Source of the DNA: an uncultured delta proteobacterium
Lineage (GTDB): Bacteria > Myxococcota_A > Polyangia > Polyangiales > Polyangiaceae
Reading direction: 5' to 3'
NCBI GenBank assembly: GCA_963782055.1
Contig: CAWAIF010000003.1
Span: forward strand, 672,001-736,000
Length of the DNA: 64,000 nucleotides
Below, in pieces: positions 40,868-54,407 of the stretch. Made by a program: the position numbers and the translations under genes. Under the pieces are notes generated by a model. The model saw nothing but the letters and a program-made list of their open reading frames with translations. It was not told where the DNA came from and did not search any database. The number at the start of each line of letters is the position of its first letter. Position 1 is the stretch's first letter.

Positions 40868-41726
40868 GGTCGCCCTGGTCACCTGCCGCGAGCTCGCGGA
40901 CGGTTACGAGGACGATCGCCTCGCCCTGGCGCCGCTCGCCGCGCTCGAGATCGAGACGCGCTTCGTCTCGTGGACGGACGAGATCGACTGGTCCGCGTTC
41001 GAGCTCGTCGTGCTGCGCAGCCCGTGGGACTGGTACCTCCGCGCGGGCGAGTTCGGCGCGTGGCTGGGCGCGCTGGAGCGGTCGGGCGCACGCGTGGAGA
41101 ACGCCGGCGCGGCGCGCTGGCTGGACAAGACCTTCCTGCGCGCCCTCGGCGAGCGGCTGATCCCCACCGAGTGGGTCGCCCCGGGGGACGAGCGCTCGCT
41201 GGAGTCGATCGTGCGCGCGCGCGGATGGGAGCGCGCGGTGCTCAAGCCGTCGCTCTCCGCCAACGCGCACAGGACGCTGCTCTTCGACGCCGCGGACGCG
41301 CCCGCCCACGAGGCGGCGCTGAGGGGGATCGCCGCCGGGGGCGCGGCGATGGTCCAGCCCTACTTCGAGGAGGTCACGCGCGAAGGGGAGCACTCCTTCG
41401 TCTTTCTGGGAGGCGCATTCTCTCACGCGGTGCGCAAGATCGCCGCGCCGGGGGACTTCCGCGTGCAGAGCGATCACGGAGGGAGCGTGGTCTTCGGCCC
41501 GGAGGCCCCCGCGCCGCTGGTCGCCCAGGCGGCCGAGGCGCTGAAGCTCGTCGCCGCCGCGCCGCTCTACGCCCGGGTCGACGGCGTGGTCCGCGATGGC
41601 GTGCTGCGCGTGATGGAGCTCGAGCTGGTGGAGCCGGAGCTCTTCCTGCGCGCGCACCCGGAGGCGCCGGCGCGCTTCGCGCGCGCTGTCGCCGAGCGCG
41701 TGGGCCGGCGCCGCGCCGCGAGGTAG
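40860..41726 (+). CDS. ATP-grasp ligase (RimK/glutathione synthetase-like)
   Basis: LRSPWDW, DKTFL, LKPSLSA, YARVD, MELELVEPELF. Confidence 0.85.
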   Translation: MREVALVTCRELADGYEDDRLALAPLAALEIETRFVSWTDEIDWSAFELVVLRSPWDWYLRAGEFGAWLGALERSGARVENAGAARWLDKTFLRALGERLIPTEWVAPGDERSLESIVRARGWERAVLKPSLSANAHRTLLFDAADAPAHEAALRGIAAGGAAMVQPYFEEVTREGEHSFVFLGGAFSHAVRKIAAPGDFRVQSDHGGSVVFGPEAPAPLVAQAAEALKLVAAAPLYARVDGVVRDGVLRVMELELVEPELFLRAHPEAPARFARAVAERVGRRRAAR

Positions 41727-41754
41727 GTCCGGGCCTGCCTCCCCGGAGGTGGGG

Positions 41755-42156
41755 TCAAGAGTGCGCGGGGGCGGGCGGCGGCGCGGCGGAGCTGGCGCGC
41801 GTGAGCACCACGTTCCCTTCGCCCGGCTTGCACGGCCCGGACGAGCCGTCGTTGGTGTTGCGGTAGCAGAGGTCCAGCGTGCGGAGCGTCCGCGGGACGA
41901 AGCCGGGCTTGCTGATCCTCACCATGCACTTCGGCGCCTCGAAGGAGCTGCTGATGCCGCCGAAGCGGAACTCGCCCGACGCGCTCGCCTTGACCGTCTC
42001 CGTCCTGCCGGAGGGGCACGCGAGCGTCACCGTGGCGCCGCTCACCGTCGTGCCCGCGGTGTCGATCAGGTGGCCTTCCCCGCTCCAGACCGGATCGCAG
42101 CCGGCCAGGAGAAGGGCGAGGACGCCGAAGGTCTGGGGAAGGAGGCGCCGGTCCAT
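41755..42156 (-). CDS. Small lipoprotein with carboxypeptidase-regulatory-like beta-sandwich
   Basis: Lipobox LAGC; G.TVSGATVTL...SGEF...SKPGF. Confidence 0.65.
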   Translation of the reverse strand: MDRRLLPQTFGVLALLLAGCDPVWSGEGHLIDTAGTTVSGATVTLACPSGRTETVKASASGEFRFGGISSSFEAPKCMVRISKPGFVPRTLRTLDLCYRNTNDGSSGPCKPGEGNVVLTRASSAAPPPAPAHS

Positions 42157-42163
42157 CCGCGTC

Positions 42164-42625
42164 TCAGTACCGGAGCGCGATCCGCGTGGTGACGATCGTC
42201 CCGCCCTTCACCGTGAACCTGGACTCTTCCCACGAAGGGCGGCTCAGCGCGTGGGTGTGGTTGTTGGAGATGCCGTAGCCCTCCGTCGGGATGCCGAGGA
42301 AGTTGGTGTCCAGCTTGCCGTTGGAGTTCTCGTCGTGGATCACCGCGGCCGCGTACGTGCCGGCGGGCATGTCGCGGAAGGTGCACGTCGTGGTGGCGCC
42401 CGCGACCGGGACGCGGCTGCGCAGCTTCGGGTCGGTGGGCCACGTGTCGGGGAAGCCCGCGCTCGTGTCGTAGAGCTGGCAGCCGAGGACACCCTTGGTG
42501 TTCCGGAAGGTCGAGACCTGCAGCACGATCGTCGCCGTGGGGGCCGCGTGCGCGGGGGCGGGGGCGAGCGTCGTCGCCAGCGTCGTGGTCGCGAGGAAGA
42601 GGAAGGAGCGGAGCGGGGCGTTCAT
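42164..42625 (-). CDS. DUF2141 domain secreted protein
   Basis: GTYAAAVIHDENSNGKLDTNFLGIPTEGYGISNN. Confidence 0.9.
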   Translation of the reverse strand: MNAPLRSFLFLATTTLATTLAPAPAHAAPTATIVLQVSTFRNTKGVLGCQLYDTSAGFPDTWPTDPKLRSRVPVAGATTTCTFRDMPAGTYAAAVIHDENSNGKLDTNFLGIPTEGYGISNNHTHALSRPSWEESRFTVKGGTIVTTRIALRY

Positions 42626-42701
42626 GGGGGACCGTACGCTCCCCGACGGTAGCACGTGAACGCCCCGCCGCCCGGCGACCTCCCGTGAGAGCGGCGCGCC
42701 G

Positions 42702-43493
42702 TCAGTTGCAGACGGTGAGCCCGTTCTTCGGCGGCGCGGTGTCGTCGCACACCAGGATGGCGTCGGGGAAGACGGCGATGGTCGCGACAGCGCCCGCCTT
42801 CGCGGTGAAGAGACGCGAGAGCGGGGTGCTGTTGATCACCGCGGAGAGCGTCCCGCTCGCGGGGTCCACCGTCACCGGGGTGAAGCCGATGGTCGTCGCG
42901 TCGAACTTGATGTTCGCGCCGAACTGTCCGGTCAAGAAGGCGGTGAAGGTCTGCTTCCCGGCCGTCGCGGCGGGGGAGTCGGCGGGGGACGCGGCGGTGG
43001 GGTTGCCGCTGTTCACCCAGATGAAGATGCGGCCGGTGTTGAAGAGGCCCGTCAGGTCGCCGCCGAGGCCCTGGGTGCAGTCGCCCACGTCGGCGTCGAT
43101 CGCGCGCAGCGTCGCCTTGCCGGGGAGCGCCGGGAGGGAGAAGTACTGGCTGATGTTGCGCGGCGGCACGGGCGGCAGCCCCAGCGACGCGAGCACCGGC
43201 TGGCCGAAGGAGCTGTCGGTCGCCAGCTTCCGGCAGAGGTCCAGGTGCATCGGCGCCTTGTTGCTGTAGTTGGCGATGCGGAGCTGCAGCGGCCGCGCGT
43301 CCCCCGCGTCGCCTCCGGCGTCCTGCGGCGTCGCGGCATCGCCCCCGGCGTCGGCGTCGGCGCCGGTGTCGGCGGGCGCGTCGGCTCCGGCTTCGGGGAT
43401 GACCTCCACGTCGGGCGAGGCATCCGCCGGTCCGTCCGTCGACGAGCCACACGCGACCGCACTCATCACGAGGATCAGGCCCCAGCTCCGCAT
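42702..43493 (-). CDS. Hypothetical lipoprotein
   Basis: Lipobox AVAC; DAG-rich linker; LRIANYS..LDLC domain. Confidence 0.7.
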   Translation of the reverse strand: MRSWGLILVMSAVACGSSTDGPADASPDVEVIPEAGADAPADTGADADAGGDAATPQDAGGDAGDARPLQLRIANYSNKAPMHLDLCRKLATDSSFGQPVLASLGLPPVPPRNISQYFSLPALPGKATLRAIDADVGDCTQGLGGDLTGLFNTGRIFIWVNSGNPTAASPADSPAATAGKQTFTAFLTGQFGANIKFDATTIGFTPVTVDPASGTLSAVINSTPLSRLFTAKAGAVATIAVFPDAILVCDDTAPPKNGLTVCN

Positions 43494-43614
43494 GCGATGA
43501 CCGATATCACGCCGGGCGCGGCCGGCAGGCGCGCGCGTGAGCTCCTGGGGCTTTCCCCAGCTCGCTCCCGGCGAGCCCCCGCTCTTGGCGTCGCCTGGGG
43601 CGCGTCGCGGCCTG

Positions 43615-44781
43615 TCAGTGCGCGTTGAGGTAGGTCTTGACGACCTTCCCCCAGGCCGACGCGGTGATCCCCGAGGCGTGCGTCACCGTGGCGAGGTCCG
43701 GTGCGCAGTCGTTGTAGGTGTCCAGGTCCCACGCCAGGTTGGGGATCTGCTTGGCCTCCACGTCGGCGTAGAAGGCGGTCGCGAAGGAGGTGTCCGACCC
43801 GCTCGGCCCGTACTCCCCGATGATGACGGGGATGTGCGTCTGGGTGTAGCCGGCCTTCTTTGGTGGGTACGAGTGGTACTCGTAGACGACATCGTCGTAG
43901 GGGAGGGGCGCCGAGTCGTAGAAGCCGATGGTGCTCGTCCAGTCGTTGCCCTGCACCGAGACCAGGTGGTGCGGCACGCCGAGCTTGTCCTCCTCCGCGC
44001 GGATGACGCCCACCGCGTGGCTCATCGCGTCGGAGAGCTGCTTGTTGGAGGCGGCGTTGCCGCCCGGCTCGTTGGAGACGCCGAAGAGGACGTAGGCCTT
44101 GTCCTTGAAGGTGTCGACGATGGCCCGGTAGACGTCGTCGGTCGAGGCCGTCGGGATGCACACCGCGTCGTCCCCGCCGTTGGCGCACTTCTGCCCAGAC
44201 CCGTTGACCATGCTCGCCTCGCTGCGCAGCGTGACGAGCACGTAGGTGTTCGGGTACGCGCCGGCGGCGTTGATGATGTTCGTCATGTGCGTGCGGTACT
44301 GCGAGGTGTCGTTCTTCCAGCTGATGTTGAACGGCGCGAAGCTGTTCATCGACAGCGAGATGCGCAGAAACGTCGGCTTCCAGTCGGTCATCAGCGTGGT
44401 GAGCATCCCCATGTCCGCCTGCTCGGCGTCGGGGTTGCTCATCCAGAAGCCGGTGTTGTAGCCGCAGAGCAGGATGTCATCCATGTTCACACCGCGGCCC
44501 ATCCACACCTTCCCGGAGGAGCCGTTCGAGACGTAGATCTTGCTGTCGTCGGGGAGGGTGTAGAGCCAGCCGGCGGGAGGCAGCCCGCCGTCGGGGGAGG
44601 AGGCGTCGCCTGGCGTCGCGCCGTCCGGTGTCCCGCCGTCCGGCGTCGTCGCGTCGGGGCCACCGGCGTCCTGGGCCGAGGCCGCGTCGGAGCCGCCGTC
44701 GGCCGTGGAGCTGTCGTCCCCGCCGCACGCCAGGGCAGGGGCGAGGAGGAGGAAGGCGAGAAGTACGAGGGCAGCGCGCAT
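43615..44781 (-). CDS. Glycoside hydrolase family 5 (cellulase-like) lipoprotein
   Basis: GRGVN, NEP acid/base, YHSYP, IGEYG nucleophile, AW; lipobox ALAC. Confidence 0.85.
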   Translation of the reverse strand: MRAALVLLAFLLLAPALACGGDDSSTADGGSDAASAQDAGGPDATTPDGGTPDGATPGDASSPDGGLPPAGWLYTLPDDSKIYVSNGSSGKVWMGRGVNMDDILLCGYNTGFWMSNPDAEQADMGMLTTLMTDWKPTFLRISLSMNSFAPFNISWKNDTSQYRTHMTNIINAAGAYPNTYVLVTLRSEASMVNGSGQKCANGGDDAVCIPTASTDDVYRAIVDTFKDKAYVLFGVSNEPGGNAASNKQLSDAMSHAVGVIRAEEDKLGVPHHLVSVQGNDWTSTIGFYDSAPLPYDDVVYEYHSYPPKKAGYTQTHIPVIIGEYGPSGSDTSFATAFYADVEAKQIPNLAWDLDTYNDCAPDLATVTHASGITASAWGKVVKTYLNAH

Positions 44782-44877
44782 GGTGCGTCAAGCGTACTCC
44801 GGACCCACCGGGTATCCCAGCCGCGGCGTTGTGGCCCGCCCTTCGGCTTCGGCCCTGGAAGTAGTAGGCTCGGGGGG

Positions 44878-48729
<3,852 letters not shown>

Positions 48730-48910
48730 GGGGGGCCTCCTCGCGGCCGTGCTCCGGCTCATGCTCGCGTGCCCGGCCGCGACGGGACTGCGCGATGGAC
48801 ACGACGCTGGCGGGCGCGCCCGCGCCGCGGAGAGGAGCGGCCCGGCGGGCCCCGTTTCCGTCGCAGGGGAATCATGGTTCCATCGTGGCGCGCGCGCTGC
48901 GCGCGGCTCC

Positions 48911-49456
48911 ATGCGAAGTCCACCCGATGCCGTCCCCAGAGCGGAGGATGCCACCTTCGGCACGGTGTACGGCGTGCTGCGGGGGCTCGCGAGCCGGCAG
49001 CTCCGGCGACGCGGCGGCCAGACGCTGAACACCACTGCCCTCGTGCACGAGGCGTGGATCAAGCTCTCCGCAGGCGGGCGCGAGTTCGAGAATCGCGGGC
49101 ACTTCCTCGCCGTGGCCGCCACGGCGATGCGGCAGATCCTCGTGGACCACGCCCGGCGCAAGCGCGCGGCCAAGCGCGGGGGTGCGGCGCGCGTCACGTC
49201 GTCCGGTCTGTCCGACGCCGGCGTCGTGTCCAACATGGAGGAGCTCCTCGCGGTGGACGCGGCGCTCGAGAAGCTGGAGGCGCGCGACGCGCGGCTCGCG
49301 CGCGTGGTCGAGTGGCGCTTCTTCGCCGGCCTCGAGGAGGCGGAGATCGCCGCCGCGCTCGACGTGGACGTCCGCACGGTGCGGCGCGACTGGCGCAAGG
49401 CGCGCGCCTTCATCCTCGCCGAGCTGGGTGGGCCGGGCCATGACGACGAAGCGTGA
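48911..49456 (+). CDS. ECF-type sigma factor (TIGR02999/ECF43-like)
   Basis: TLNTTALVHEAW, RGHFLAVAATAMRQILVDHAR, TVRRDWRKARA. Confidence 0.9.
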   Translation: MRSPPDAVPRAEDATFGTVYGVLRGLASRQLRRRGGQTLNTTALVHEAWIKLSAGGREFENRGHFLAVAATAMRQILVDHARRKRAAKRGGAARVTSSGLSDAGVVSNMEELLAVDAALEKLEARDARLARVVEWRFFAGLEEAEIAAALDVDVRTVRRDWRKARAFILAELGGPGHDDEA

Positions 49457-51932
49457 GCGCTTCCGCGCGGTCATGGACCTGGTGGACCGCGCGCTGGATC
49501 TGCCCCCCGCCGAGCGAAAGGCGCTGCTCGATGGGGCGCGCGAGAGCCCGGAGATCCGCGCCGAAGCCGAACGCCTCCTGGAGGCGGACGAGCGCGCGGG
49601 CGACTTCCTGGCGGAGCCGGCGGCCGGGCATCTGGAGTCGGCGCTCTCCGCGACGGCGTCCGCCACCAGCCCTGGCGCGGCGGCGGGCGACATGGTCGGC
49701 GCCTTCGAGCTCGTGGCGCTCATCGGCAAGGGCGGCATGGGCGAGGTGTGGGAAGCCGAGCGCGCCGGCGCCGACTTCGATCAGCGGGTGGCGGTCAAGC
49801 TCCTGCCTCCCGCCGTGGACGAGCGATCGGTCGCGCGCTTTCGCCGGGAGCGACGCATCCTGGCGCGCCTCGCCCACCCGCGCATCGCGCGCCTGCTCGA
49901 CGGCGGCATCACGCCGGAGGGGCGCCCGTGGATCGCGATGGAGCGCGTCGAGGGTACGAGCCTGACCGAGCACTGCGCCTCGCGCGAGCTGGACGTCGAC
50001 GCGCGCCTCCGCCTCTTCGCCGAGGTCTGTGACGGCGTGCAGTTCGCGCACCGGAGCCTGATCGTCCACCGCGATCTCAAGCCGAGCAACGTGCTCGTCA
50101 CGCCGGAGGGCGAGCCCAAGCTGCTCGATTTCGGCATCGCGAAGCTCCTCTTCGACGAGGAGGAGGACGAGGGAACGCTCACGCGCCCGGACGAGCGCCC
50201 CATGACGCTGGACTACGCGGCGCCGGAGCAGATCCGCGGCGAGCCCGTGACGACCGCGAGCGACGTGTGGTCGCTCGGCGTCATCCTGCACGAGCTGCTC
50301 ACCGGCGTTCGGCCGTACCGCACGACCGGCAAGAACCGGGCGGAGACCGAGCGCGCCATCCTGGCGGCCGCGCCGTCTCGTCCCAGCACCCACGTGGACG
50401 ACGCCGACGTCCCGGACCGACCGAAGGAGGCCTCCGCGCGCGCGCTGCGTCGGCGCCTGCGCGGCGATCTGGACGCCATCGTCCTCAAGGCGATGCGCCC
50501 CGACCCGAAGGACCGCTACGCCTCCGCCGAGGCCCTCGGCGCCGACGTGCGGCGCCACCTGGAGCGCGCGCCGGTCCTCGCACGCGGCGACGCGACGGGT
50601 TACCTCGTGCGCGCGATGGTCCGGCGGCACCGCGTCGCCTTCGGCGTCTCGGCGCTGATGCTCGCCTCGCTCCTCGCCGGGCTGGGCGGCACGCTCTGGC
50701 AGGCACACGAGGCGCGCGAGCAGGCCCGTCGGGCCGAGCAGGCGCAGGCGTTCCTGGTGAGCATGCTGCGCGCGTTCGACCCGGAGGACGCCGACGGAGA
50801 GGCCGTCACCCAGCGCGACATCCTGGCGCGCGGCGAGACGCGGCTCGGCGAGCTGGACGATCAGCCGGAGGTGCAGGCGCGCCTGCTCGAGGCCTTCGCC
50901 GAGACCTGGTACAGCATCGGCGAGTACGATCGCGCGACGTCCGCCGGCGAGCGCGCGCTCGCCCTGGAACGCCGGACACGCGGGCCGCGGAGCATCGAGG
51001 TCGCCACGACGCTGATCCTGCTCGGCGAGGTGCACTTCGAGAAGGGAGAGCTGGACGAGTCCGACCGCCTCCTCACCGACGGGCTCGCCATCGCCCGCGA
51101 GGTGGAGGGGCCTCGAGGGCTCACCGTCGCGCGCGCGCTCAACGATCGCGCCGGCGTCATGCGGCGGCGCGTCGAGTTCGCGCAGGCGGAGACGCTGCGC
51201 CGGCAAGCGCTCGACATCTACGAGACGCGCGCGGGCGAGAAGGACGCGCGCACGCTGGGCGTGATGAACGATCTGGCCGTGCTCCTGGGCGACGAGGGCC
51301 GCTTCGCCGAGAGCGCCACGCTGCAGGCGCGCACGTGCGACCTCATGACCACGGTGCGTGGCGACGCGAACCCCGACACGCTCGTCTGTCGCTGCAACCT
51401 GGCGCGCGACTACATCGAGCAGGGGCGCGCCGCTGACGCCGATACGCTGCTCGGCCAGGTGTACGAAGAGCAGGCCCACGTGCTGGGAAAGGACTGGGTC
51501 GACATCCCCAACACGGAGGTCCTGCGCGCCCGCGCCGTCGATGCCCTCGGCCGGTCGGAGGACGCGCTCTCCCTCTTCCAGGACGCCATCGCGCGGACGA
51601 CGAGGGCGCTCGGGGCGGAGAGTCCGACCCTCGCGAGCATCCAGGCGTACGAGTCGGTCACGCTCACTCACCTCGGTCGGTTCGACGAGGCCGAGGACAC
51701 GGCGCGCCGTTCCCTCGCGTCCTGCCGCGCGCACTACGGCGAAGAGCACGCGTACACCGCCCGCGCGCACTACGCCCTCGGCTGCGCGCTGCTCGGGGAG
51801 GGCCACCGGGGGCAGGCCGAGCTGGAGCTCCGGAGCGCCCTCGGCACGCAGGAGAAGATGCTCGGGCGGGATCACGCCGACACGGCTCGCACCCGAGCGG
51901 CGCTCGCCCGCGCCACCGGCCCCGAAAAATAG
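49440..51932 (+). CDS. Membrane Ser/Thr protein kinase with extracytoplasmic TPR repeats
   Basis: GKGGMGEV, VAVK, HRDLKPSN, DFG, YAAPEQ; TM segment; TPR-like repeats; overlaps the sigma gene. Confidence 0.93.
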   Translation: MTTKRERFRAVMDLVDRALDLPPAERKALLDGARESPEIRAEAERLLEADERAGDFLAEPAAGHLESALSATASATSPGAAAGDMVGAFELVALIGKGGMGEVWEAERAGADFDQRVAVKLLPPAVDERSVARFRRERRILARLAHPRIARLLDGGITPEGRPWIAMERVEGTSLTEHCASRELDVDARLRLFAEVCDGVQFAHRSLIVHRDLKPSNVLVTPEGEPKLLDFGIAKLLFDEEEDEGTLTRPDERPMTLDYAAPEQIRGEPVTTASDVWSLGVILHELLTGVRPYRTTGKNRAETERAILAAAPSRPSTHVDDADVPDRPKEASARALRRRLRGDLDAIVLKAMRPDPKDRYASAEALGADVRRHLERAPVLARGDATGYLVRAMVRRHRVAFGVSALMLASLLAGLGGTLWQAHEAREQARRAEQAQAFLVSMLRAFDPEDADGEAVTQRDILARGETRLGELDDQPEVQARLLEAFAETWYSIGEYDRATSAGERALALERRTRGPRSIEVATTLILLGEVHFEKGELDESDRLLTDGLAIAREVEGPRGLTVARALNDRAGVMRRRVEFAQAETLRRQALDIYETRAGEKDARTLGVMNDLAVLLGDEGRFAESATLQARTCDLMTTVRGDANPDTLVCRCNLARDYIEQGRAADADTLLGQVYEEQAHVLGKDWVDIPNTEVLRARAVDALGRSEDALSLFQDAIARTTRALGAESPTLASIQAYESVTLTHLGRFDEAEDTARRSLASCRAHYGEEHAYTARAHYALGCALLGEGHRGQAELELRSALGTQEKMLGRDHADTARTRAALARATGPEK

Positions 51933-52028
51933 TCTTCGCGGCGTGTCCTGTCCCGCTCCGCTCCTGCGTGACCCCCAATACGGAGTCGCTCATCCCGGCG
52001 ACTCCCGGAACCCGACCAGGAGCCCACG

Positions 52029-53202
52029 ATGCGTCCTCTCGTTCTTTGCAGCCTCCCCTTCGTGCTGTTCGTCGTCGCGTGCAGCGCCGGCGACTGCGCC
52101 CCCGGTGGCGTGACCCCGGACGCCGGCGGGACCGACGCCGCCAAGACGAGCGTGCTCGGCTTCACGCCCTCCAACGTGGACGTCTCCACGCTGGACTTCT
52201 CCGACGTCGGGGATCTGGTCGTCTCCTCCGACAAGACGTGGGAGACCGATCTGGGCGGCACGCTCGGCAGCGACAACGCCGGCAAGTATCACTACGAGGA
52301 GATCGCGCAATCGAACGGCCTCAAGCTCGGAGTCTTCACCGTCAAGTCGCTCACCATCCAGTCGGGGGTGACGGTCGGCGTCGCCGGCGCCGACGCGCTG
52401 GTGATCGTGGCGCTGGACAAGCTGGACATCGAGGGCAAGCTCCACGGCAACTCGCAGTTCGGCCCGGCGCGCCTTGGTCCAGGGGCGATGGAGGACGGCA
52501 GCAAGCCCGACGTGGTCGGCCTCGGCCCGGGCGGCGGCGGCGCGGGCACGGGCGACTCGTCCGGCGGCGGCGCCGGCTTCTGCGGTACCGGCGGCGCGGG
52601 CGCGGCCCTCGTCGGCGCGCCGGCCGCGGGCGGGCCGAGCTACGGAACGGCGGAGCTCTCGCCCCTCGTCGCCGGATTCGAGCGGTGGCAACGGCTTCGG
52701 CAGCAACGGCCCCGGCGGCGGCGCCGTCCAGCTCGTCGCCGCGCACTCCATCACGGTGGCCGGTGAGATCCACGTCGGCGGCGAGGGCGGGGCCAACGGC
52801 GGCGTCTACAATCCACCCAACTCGCAGGAGTCGGGCGGCGGCGGGAGCGGCGGCGCGCTCTTGCTCGAGTCCGCCGCGGTCACCGTCGGCGGAACACTCG
52901 CGGCCAACGGCGGGGGCGGCGGTCAGGGCGACGGCATCCGCGGCGCCGACGCGACCGCCGACGCGACGCCGGCACCCGGCGGCGACGACGGCCAGCACGG
53001 CTCGGTCGGCGGCGCGGGCGGCGCGGCGAGCGACGTCGACGGCAAGCCGGGAGCGGTCTCCGCGGCGAGCAGCGCCGGAGGCGGTGGCGGCGCGGCCGGG
53101 CGCATCCGCATCAACACGCTCTCCGGGCAGGCGACGGTCACCGGAACCATCTCGCCGTCCACGTCCACTCCGTGCGCGACCCAGGGCGTCGTCGCGCCCT
53201 GA
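52029..53202 (+). pseudogene. Gly-rich lipoprotein split by a +1 frameshift near 52677-52678 (real or sequencing error)
   Basis: Lipobox VVAC; LSPLVAG then GSSGG continues in the frame ending 53202 if one T of ggATTCgag is removed; GGGSGG.L.LE and GGGGAAGRIRIN motifs. Confidence 0.78.
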
Positions 53203-53248
53203 CGGTCGCGGGGCGCGGGGTGCCACGCCTTGTGACCACTGCGCGCGC

Positions 53249-53932
53249 GTGACACAGTCGCCGGGGACGTCATTGAACCAGGCCATCGCCTTCCACTTCG
53301 ATTTCATCTCGCCCTATGCGTACCTCGCGTGGACGCAGATCCACGCGCTCGCCGCGCGCGCAGGCCGCGAGGTCACGCCGGTGCCCACGCTGCTCGCGCC
53401 GCTGCTCGCGCACGGCGGCACCCGGGGGCCGGCGGAGATCCCCGCAAAGCGCGTCTACACCTTCGTCGACGTGATGCGCAGCGCGCACGTCCTCGGCGTG
53501 CCGATGGCGCCGCCGCCGTCGCACCCCTTCAACCCGCTCCTGGCGCTGCGCGTCGCCTCGCTGGAGATGCCGCCGGCCGGCCGGCGCCGCCTCGTCGACG
53601 CGCTCTTCGCGGCGGTGTGGGCCACGCGGCAGGGCGTCGAGACACCGGAGAAGGTCGCCGCCGCGGCGATCGGCGCGGGGTTCGACGGCGCGGACCTCGT
53701 CCGTCGCGCGGGCGACCAGCCGGCGAAGGACGGCCTCCGCAAGCAGACCGACGACGCGATCGCCTCGGGCATCTTCGGCGTGCCCACGATGATGGTGGAC
53801 GGGCACATGTTCTGGGGTCTGGACTCCTTCGGCCACCTGGAGCGGCAGCTCCGCGGCGGGGGCATCGACGTCCGCGCCAGGATGCGCGAGTGGGGCGGCG
53901 TCACGCCGAGCGCGCAGCGCAAGCCGGGGTAG
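53249..53932 (+). CDS. 2-hydroxychromene-2-carboxylate isomerase / DsbA (GST-kappa) family protein
   Basis: FHFDFISPYAYL, HPFN, GIFGVPT...FWG.D. Confidence 0.9.
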   Translation: MTQSPGTSLNQAIAFHFDFISPYAYLAWTQIHALAARAGREVTPVPTLLAPLLAHGGTRGPAEIPAKRVYTFVDVMRSAHVLGVPMAPPPSHPFNPLLALRVASLEMPPAGRRRLVDALFAAVWATRQGVETPEKVAAAAIGAGFDGADLVRRAGDQPAKDGLRKQTDDAIASGIFGVPTMMVDGHMFWGLDSFGHLERQLRGGGIDVRARMREWGGVTPSAQRKPG

Positions 53933-53940
53933 CCGCCACC

Positions 53941-54393
53941 GTGAAGCCCGTCCCCCTCCTCTGCACCGTCGCCCTCCTCGGGTGCGCCGCGCGCGAGCCG
54001 GCGCCGCCGCCCGAGGTGGAGGTCGCGCTCCCCCAGCTCCCCGCCTCGGTGGCGTCCGCCCATCCGCCGGAGCCGCCGCCCGCGCCCCCGCCGCGCGCGT
54101 CGTACGAGGACGCGCTCGCCGATGCGGCGCCTTCGGACGACGACGCCGGTCCGGAGCTCACCAACGGGCAGCTCCTTCAGCCGATGAGGAGCCCGACCTT
54201 CCTCACGCGCTGCGGCGTGCCCGAGGCCACGCACGTCACCGTCAAGATGGCCATCCGCGGCGGCGGCCCTGTCGGCGTCACCGTCCTGATGTCCCCCGAG
54301 GATCCTGCGCTCCTCGGGTGCGTGGAGGACGCCCTCTGGGCGCTCACGTGGCCGCCCTCGCCGCGGCTCGACTCCTTCGTGACGACGTACTGA
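53941..54393 (+). CDS. Hypothetical Pro-rich lipoprotein with TonB-C/AgmX-like C-terminus
   Basis: Lipobox LLGC; Pro-rich linker; C..V.V...GVTV..C...L.WP pattern. Confidence 0.6.
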   Translation: MKPVPLLCTVALLGCAAREPAPPPEVEVALPQLPASVASAHPPEPPPAPPPRASYEDALADAAPSDDDAGPELTNGQLLQPMRSPTFLTRCGVPEATHVTVKMAIRGGGPVGVTVLMSPEDPALLGCVEDALWALTWPPSPRLDSFVTTY

Positions 54394-54407
54394 TGCTACA
54401 ATCCGGC

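Noticed and set aside
43537..44877. 447-aa N-terminal extension of xanthine dehydrogenase in the ORF track
   Set aside because: It is the antisense of the GH5 gene; the real start is ATG 44878 with a TAGGCT box upstream
48886..48901. Possible sigma-54 box TGGCGCGCGCGCTGC before the ECF gene
   Set aside because: GG-N10-GC spacing fits, but the low-complexity CG run makes a chance match likely
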